Assembly (NCBI GenBank): GCA_002269645.1
Contig: NIVC01002024.1
Coordinates: forward strand, 88,158 to 152,157
DNA: 64,000 nucleotides
Reading direction: 5' to 3'
Source of the DNA: Macrostomum lignano
Lineage: Eukaryota
The position numbers and the translations under genes are program-made. This document shows, in pieces, positions 60,284 through 64,000 of the stretch (position 1 is its first letter; each line of letters opens with the position of its first letter). Under the pieces are notes generated by a model. It made no database searches and was not told the origin of the DNA. It saw nothing but the letters and a program-made list of their open reading frames with translations.

Positions 60284-62030
60284 TCACCTGTCAGAGGAAT
60301 GACAAAAATGGCTTGCTTGATCCCTGTCCGCTCCAGCAATATTGGCAAGCAGATTCGCAGGCAAAATCCAGCACTTTCGCTCAGGTGTGCCAGTTAGAAC
60401 AGATGTCATCCTGTATAAGCCGATTCCTAGATGCAAAGATGGATATGGGTTGGTGTAGATGTTGTCAACTGGGTGTAAAATCCTGCCAGTGACTTGATTA
60501 GCTTCACTTACAGCTTCGATTAGGACGCATACTTTGTCGATTATGCAACAATTATCACATTGCTTTATGCTGAATTTCAACCGTGGAATGCGCTGCTCAT
60601 TCAACAGAAGATCGCGAACTCTGAGCACCTGCTTAACTGAATGCGCTGCCATGTGCCTTGTCACTTTACGCGGCGCTTTACAGATCCAAGAAAGTTTTCG
60701 AAAGGGAAAGTCGAAAAGTTGCAAGTACTGTCTGAATTCAGTAGCCTTCATGTGCTTCAATTCCAAGTCGATTTTCTGGGGTCTGCGTTGAAAGTTTGAA
60801 GGTGTCCAACCGGCAGCCATAGTAATTCGGTCACCCAATAGGCTCATTGGATCGGGATAGACGAGACACTTCTTGCCATTAGATTTGTCGAAAAATAGGT
60901 AAAATAGTTTCCTTGTGACTCTAAGGCAGATGGCATACTGGTAGTCAGGGGGAAAAGCATCGACAAAACTAATGTTAGGCAAATTTAGAAGGGGTGATAG
61001 AGCGAATTTTATTTTCCTGGTTAGCTCCTTTCCCTCTCGGTAATTGTTGGCTACTATGGGACTCCCCAACGCATTGAAAATGTTACTCTGTTGTCGGTAT
61101 AAGGTCCAGTAGCCCTGCAGTACATGCAACCGACGTACATGTGCCCTTGAGTAACCGAGACCTAGGCTCAAGCAGGCGCATCGCAAAACAAATCGGATAG
61201 TCGAGAAGCTGATACTTAAATTTTCGATAATATTTATGGAACCTGTAAGAAAATGTTTAGCCTCGTCGCAAAATTGTCGAAGATAATCATTCAGAGGTGG
61301 CTTGCCACAACCAGCCATACGGCTACTGGAAAAGGTCTGCTAAATACGCTGGGAATAGACATTAGTATGGGCCCAAAGACCGAAGTGGCTTGCTCGGTAC
61401 AAAGGCAAGCCGTCAAAATTAACGATGGCTTCAATTTTGTAAACCTTCTCAGTTTCACTATCGTGTTGTAGATATTCTGGCTTCAAGTGCAGCTGGTTTT
61501 TGCGAAACATTAGTTCTAGATTTTTCAGAATCAAAATGTAGCGAAAATGGTCTTTTCCCATGGATTCCAATTTTTCCATTGGATCGCCAGCATTGATGAC
61601 GGCCTCAATAGAGTTGATAGACTTCGGCGCAGGCAAGCCTATGTCTCTTAGACTATCAACAAAGAATTTTTTAGATCCACGATTAAGGTTGAAACAAGAA
61701 TAGACTACCAGCAAGATGAATATTTTTATCTTCTAAAGAGCGGTCATCCTCTTTCTTGTCAATCTCCTCATCTTCATCGCTGCAAACTCGCGCGAACTTG
61801 TCAAAATCAGGATAGCTGCCGTTGTCGTTGCCAAGATCTGGCTCCGTACCTTCATTGACTTCTGCTACAGAGGACTCCAAAGCAATGAAACCGGCAACTC
61901 TCCCAGAATAATCTGCTTTGACTACTTTTCTTTTTTTCTCTTGCAGTGCGATGTCTTCCAAAGCTTCTTGTTCTCCTTCCATGAACAAGCCCAGCAATCC
62001 TTATTTGCTTGTCGCCTCAATTGCCTTGTC
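60284..62030 (-). pseudogene. EnSpm/CACTA (CMC) transposase relic
   Basis: Across frameshifts: NFDGLPLYRASHFGLW, GCGKPPLNDYLRQFCDE, CDAPA*A*VSVTQGHMYVGCMYC, PSNFQRRPQKIDLELKHMKATEFRQYL and C-terminal YPSLHLGI, all typical of animal EnSpm transposases. Confidence 0.85.
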
Positions 62031-62385
62031 ATTGTTTTCGTCCGAATCAGACTTTGATGATAGTTGACTGTTGTAATAAAGTAATTACTACGATTGCTTA
62101 TTTTGTAATAAAGAAAGTTTATGAACAAAAGCTGGGAAGAATTGAAAACTATTCCTTTGGGGTTTGTGCACGCTGATTGGACAGGTATGGATGCGGGGAC
62201 GGTAGGCCAATGAAATTGGAAAAGCCAGGGCAGCCTTTTTCATTCGAAGAACTATAGAAGACAATTGCTTCTAGAAGCAACTTAAACCACTGAATCATTA
62301 AATAAGCATAAACTATAGTGTGAGCTCCAAACTCTTGCTTTATTTGGTACTCAGTTTTGCACTAGCATAGTCTAGTCTGCATGCT

Positions 62386-63970
62386 ACAATGAAGTTTTTA
62401 GTGATCTTTAAAGACGACCGTCAAATTGTTGAGGTCTCGGAAAGTGAAGTGAAGCTTCCTGAAGGCTTTCAAAAACCTTAAGGAAGAGGAATAGTTAGAA
62501 AAGAGGGACTCCACTGAGAAGTGGAAGTGTGAAGCCTTGTATGAAGGCTGTTTTACTCTGCTCTAATTATTCAGGTAAGCAACCGATCCCAATGATATTT
62601 GAAATGTTAAAATTCTTGAATCGATCTAATATTGTATTTGTACGCTCATATTTTCTCACTAATTTAAAGGTAATACTAAGCGAACCTAGAGCCTGGGAGC
62701 TTCTGCTTTGTGCGTGAATTGGTAGCCAAAAAGACCCGACTGAACCAAATTTTCGAGTTGGTTCAACCAGAGTCTTTCAGGAGCGTGACATGAAGAAAGC
62801 ACGAAGGCATTACCAGACTAAGGTAAATTAAGCACAGCCCATAGAATTTTTTATCAAGAACTTTGTTTTCTCTGTTTTACCTTTTTAACTAATTTTTAAG
62901 AAAAGGGAAGAAATTAAATGTGAAAAATAATCTCTAAAACTGACATTAACTTGAAATTTCTCATTCCGTAACCATCCCAAACAGAATCTGTCAGACGGCT
63001 CAGCCACCGATCCCGAGGCAATCTTCAAAGATAAGAGCAGCCGCTGTTTGCAACCTCCAGCTTTGCTGCCTAAACAACATCCGCCTACGATTACACAGTT
63101 AGCGCCAATGCCTCCTATTAGTGATGATGAAGCAGAAGCTGGCGTAGACGCCAATATGGAAGCTGAGGCGGAAGCTGAAGTGGAAGCTAAGGTGGAAGCT
63201 GAGGCGAAGCTGAAGTGGAAGCTGAGGTGAAAGCTGAGGCGCGAAGCTGAGGTAGAAGCTGAGATGGGAGCTGAGGCGGAAGCTGAGGCAGAAGCTGAGC
63301 TGGAAGCTGAGATGGGAGCTGAGATGGAAGCTGAGGCGGAAGCTGAAATAGAAGCTGAGTTTGTAGCAGATGATTGATTGACGATTCCTAAGTCGCCTCC
63401 CACCCATTTATCTCTTTAATTTTAGTTCTGGCTTTCTAAGAAAACTAGAAGTGCGATCCAAGCCAGTGTTAGCTTTGAGCTGGAAAGTCCAAGAGGCATC
63501 AAGTTTCTGTCCTTATATGCCCTACGCGAACTTACTATGCGCAAGAATGAATTGAAAGCATTAGAAAATAGTTTGACCAAACAATCACTGCAATGTGCAC
63601 TGAAGAGCAGCGTGTGCTACGCTTTTTGGAACCAGTTGGCATTGACATTCCAACTGATAATTCTGAGCCTTCATTCTGGCCAATCAACTCCTGGGAAAAA
63701 TATGTGCACTTCGCTTCCAATCCAAATGAAATATTCTACTTTGGTAAGTTCATGACTGAGTTTTTTATTTTCTTTTCATTAGAAGAAATGCTCTAAGCCT
63801 CTAACTACTACTCAAAGTGCACTAGTACTATCACTGTGAAATAACAATCTATAAGTATTCTCACCTGTAAAATCTAAACAGAAGAGCCTGCTACGTTCAT
63901 GCAAGCGAGACAAGTGGTCCGATGCTTTAATGCAATGCTTAACGAGAGCTTGTCGAAAGAGATGCAGGTG
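62386..63970 (+). pseudogene. Possible decayed companion gene of the EnSpm element (acidic EAE repeats, spliced)
   Basis: Divergent from the transposase; ATG at about 62386, donors at about 62576 and 63743, Glu/Ala-rich block 63130-63360, multiple stops. Assignment rests on position and general EnSpm organisation. Confidence 0.4.
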
Positions 63971-64000
63971 GTTATTAATTTAATTGGGTCAGACATGCAA

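Overview
Eukaryotic, intron-rich, repeat-saturated DNA. It is probably an invertebrate: 40-50 nt mini-introns, a different minisatellite in almost every intron and a motif resembling the Macrostomum spliced leader point to a Macrostomum-like flatworm (inference). Five spliced host genes can be modelled by hand. (1) A receptor-type protein tyrosine phosphatase with mucin stalk, FN3 domains, TM helix and one PTP domain (1261-15217 +). (2) A CD164/porimin-type sialomucin (17531-19627 -). (3) An orphan type II membrane protein (about 37997-45650 +, partial model). (4) A calmodulin-like protein (51879-53618 +). (5) A previously unflagged Cys-rich type I membrane protein with a TNFR-like module (55448-57578 -, 5' end not found). 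Between and inside them lie decayed LINEs (RNase H-bearing and RTE), an EnSpm/CACTA transposon relic, MITEs and more than 20 tandem arrays. The most unusual observations are: an FN3 exon lying antisense inside the PTP intron between two inverted 16-bp arrays; a family of 36-60 bp palindromic hAT-like elements with 8-bp target duplications; a minimal type I hammerhead ribozyme; a spliced-leader-like sequence at the calmodulin-like promoter; and repeat arrays that multiply splice donors and in-frame acceptors of the PTP gene. All gene models come from reading frames and splice-phase consistency only; no searches or expression data were available.
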